DNA of 64,000 bases from Rhodospirillaceae bacterium (GTDB lineage Bacteria; Pseudomonadota; Alphaproteobacteria; MPNO01; UBA2964), in the NCBI GenBank assembly GCA_038146865.1, contig JAYQSL010000001.1:82157-146156 (forward strand), read 5' to 3'. Position 1 is the first letter of the stretch, and each line of letters opens with the position of its first letter. The notes below the pieces were generated by a model. That model was not told the origin of the DNA, did not search any database, and saw nothing but the letters and a program-made list of their open reading frames with translations. Positions 62,675 through 64,000 of this stretch are shown in pieces. Made by a program: the position numbers and the translations under genes.

Positions 62675-63703
62675 CTAGCGGGCACGGCCGCCTCCTAGAG
62701 CGCAAATTCTGAGCACGGCTTGCCTGCAAATTAAATCAGTGGGTTGGCCACTTGATTTGCATTGGCTTTCTGTTTCAGTTAGGAGGTTTAAGGCAATACC
62801 AATTCTATCAAACGTCCAGGCCTGCACCTGTCTTTGAAATTTATCTACTTGCTTAAAAAAGACCGGTGGTCTTAACGCTTTTGAAGCCTGGCTGGGGGTC
62901 GCGCCTTCAGCAATAAGCCCCTTGGTCTGATGTAAGCGTGAAAAATGTCTAATCAGCGCTCGAATAATCCCAATTTCATTTGTTCCTTCGAGAAGGGCCC
63001 GATCTAAAAGCTTACCTGTTTGACTAGGGTGACCGCTTGCCGCTGCAAAGACCAAATCATCTAATGTGGCCTCAGAAGAGTCACCGATACATAAGCGGGC
63101 TTCCTCGAGTGATATTTCTCCCTGCTCTCCTTTAAATACGGCAAGTTTCTCCAACTCAGAGCGGGTAATGAGGCGGTCGCTTCCAAGTTGTGTTTTTAGG
63201 TAACTAAGAGCATCTCTCGAAACGCTTATCTTTCCAGCCCCAAATGTTTCTGAAATGACTTTTTCTAGCGTCTGATCGTCATCGAGATAACAGGGAACCG
63301 CCGCTGCGTTATCCGATTTCTCAAAGGCAAGACGTAATTTTGAGCGTGGCCCGAGGTTCCCCGCCTCTATGACGATTAGCGTATCGCCAGGTTTCGTGTC
63401 CAGGATTGGAAGAATGTAGGTCGTTTGGGTATCGGTTGCCCCCCGAACATAGATACCTCTCTTGTCGCCCATTAGGGAGAGGGATGAACCCTCATCTACA
63501 AGTCTAGCGGGATCGTCCTTCAGGTCGGCCGCTAAAATTTCTACATTATTGAAGGGATCATCTATTGATCCAACAAAATTTTTGATTAACCGTTGGGCCC
63601 TCTCTCTTACCAACCCCCCATCCGGACCATAAATTAAAACATTTTGAACCAGGGGGTCCAGGGACTTTATAAATTGATCTGCCCGTGCAGTCGCTATTTT
63701 CAA
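62675..63703 (-). CDS. holA: DNA polymerase III delta subunit HolA (TTG start overlapping the upstream gene's stop as TTGA).
   Basis: 342 aa. Conserved leuS-lptE-holA context. Confidence 0.8.
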   Translation of the reverse strand: MKIATARADQFIKSLDPLVQNVLIYGPDGGLVRERAQRLIKNFVGSIDDPFNNVEILAADLKDDPARLVDEGSSLSLMGDKRGIYVRGATDTQTTYILPILDTKPGDTLIVIEAGNLGPRSKLRLAFEKSDNAAAVPCYLDDDQTLEKVISETFGAGKISVSRDALSYLKTQLGSDRLITRSELEKLAVFKGEQGEISLEEARLCIGDSSEATLDDLVFAAASGHPSQTGKLLDRALLEGTNEIGIIRALIRHFSRLHQTKGLIAEGATPSQASKALRPPVFFKQVDKFQRQVQAWTFDRIGIALNLLTETESQCKSSGQPTDLICRQAVLRICALGGGRAR

Positions 63704-64000
63704 TTTTTCGCGTTCTGCTTGAAGAGTTGTGGGTATCGGATCGCAAGCATTATTCGGTTCCTAAGTTCGTTAGCAATGATGCCGAGGGATCGATCACGAG
63801 CATCATTCTCTGCAATTAATATTGCGTATTGGGATCCTAACTCATTGAAACTATTGACAGAAAAGATACTGCCTTGAAAGACGCCGCCAGTATCTTTGCC
63901 TAGTTCTTCAAGCTTAAAGGTTGCTGTTATGGTAAGTTCCCGTCGTGTAGTTGTGGCATCCTGTTTAACCGCTAGTCGCCTTTTGGCTTCTTCTAATTGG
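63700..64000 (-). CDS. lptE: C-terminal fragment of a probable LptE-like lipoprotein (5' end outside the window).
   Basis: The minus-strand frame is open to the window edge and ends ...FKLEELGKDTGGVFQGSIFSVNSFNELGSQYAILIAENDARDRSLGIIANELRNRIMLAIRYPQLFKQNAKN with stop TGA at 63700..63702. Position upstream of holA matches the conserved lptE-holA pair. Confidence 0.4.
   Translation of the reverse strand, partial: QLEEAKRRLAVKQDATTTRRELTITATFKLEELGKDTGGVFQGSIFSVNSFNELGSQYAILIAENDARDRSLGIIANELRNRIMLAIRYPQLFKQNAKN

Overview
This window is core chromosome of an alphaproteobacterium with roughly 45-48% GC. Its gene order is typical of Rhizobiales/Hyphomicrobiales, and it almost certainly spans the chromosomal replication origin. 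Main conserved blocks, left to right: lnt(partial)-corC-ybeY-phoH-miaB, rimI-tsaB, trpS-murJ-glnD-mutS, hrcA-grpE-dnaK-dnaJ-dapB, rph-rdgB-hemW, hisB/H/A/F/E, hslVU, secB-dnaQ-coaE-aroE-maf, the AT-rich maf/hemE intergenic region (candidate oriC), hemE-hemH-hemJ, rho, and mnmE-mnmG-rsmG-parA-parB with two parS sites, then holA and a partial lptE. Coding density is high. Many genes start with TTG or GTG, so several ORF-track starts are wrong and are corrected below. I found no rRNA, tRNA, CRISPR array, IS element or prophage, and no convincing novel defence or secretion system; I do not want to overstate this window. The observations most worth a second look are: (1) the candidate oriC with DnaA-box-like motifs and flanking parS sites; (2) two frameshifted essential-type genes (miaB, hemH), both broken at homopolymers, which points to sequencing error or recent decay; (3) a glnD whose N-terminal ~60 codons sit upstream of an in-frame TGA; (4) a three-gene peptidoglycan-modifying insertion between tsaB and trpS (VanX/DdpX-like dipeptidase, polysaccharide deacetylase, Bax-type glucosaminidase); (5) a Firmicutes-like contiguous hrcA-grpE-dnaK-dnaJ with no CIRCE visible; (6) apparent loss of fur at its conserved position, replaced by a TusA-like ORF; (7) a GNAT gene wedged inside the his operon. 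All similarity calls are from my memory of family motifs, not from database searches.
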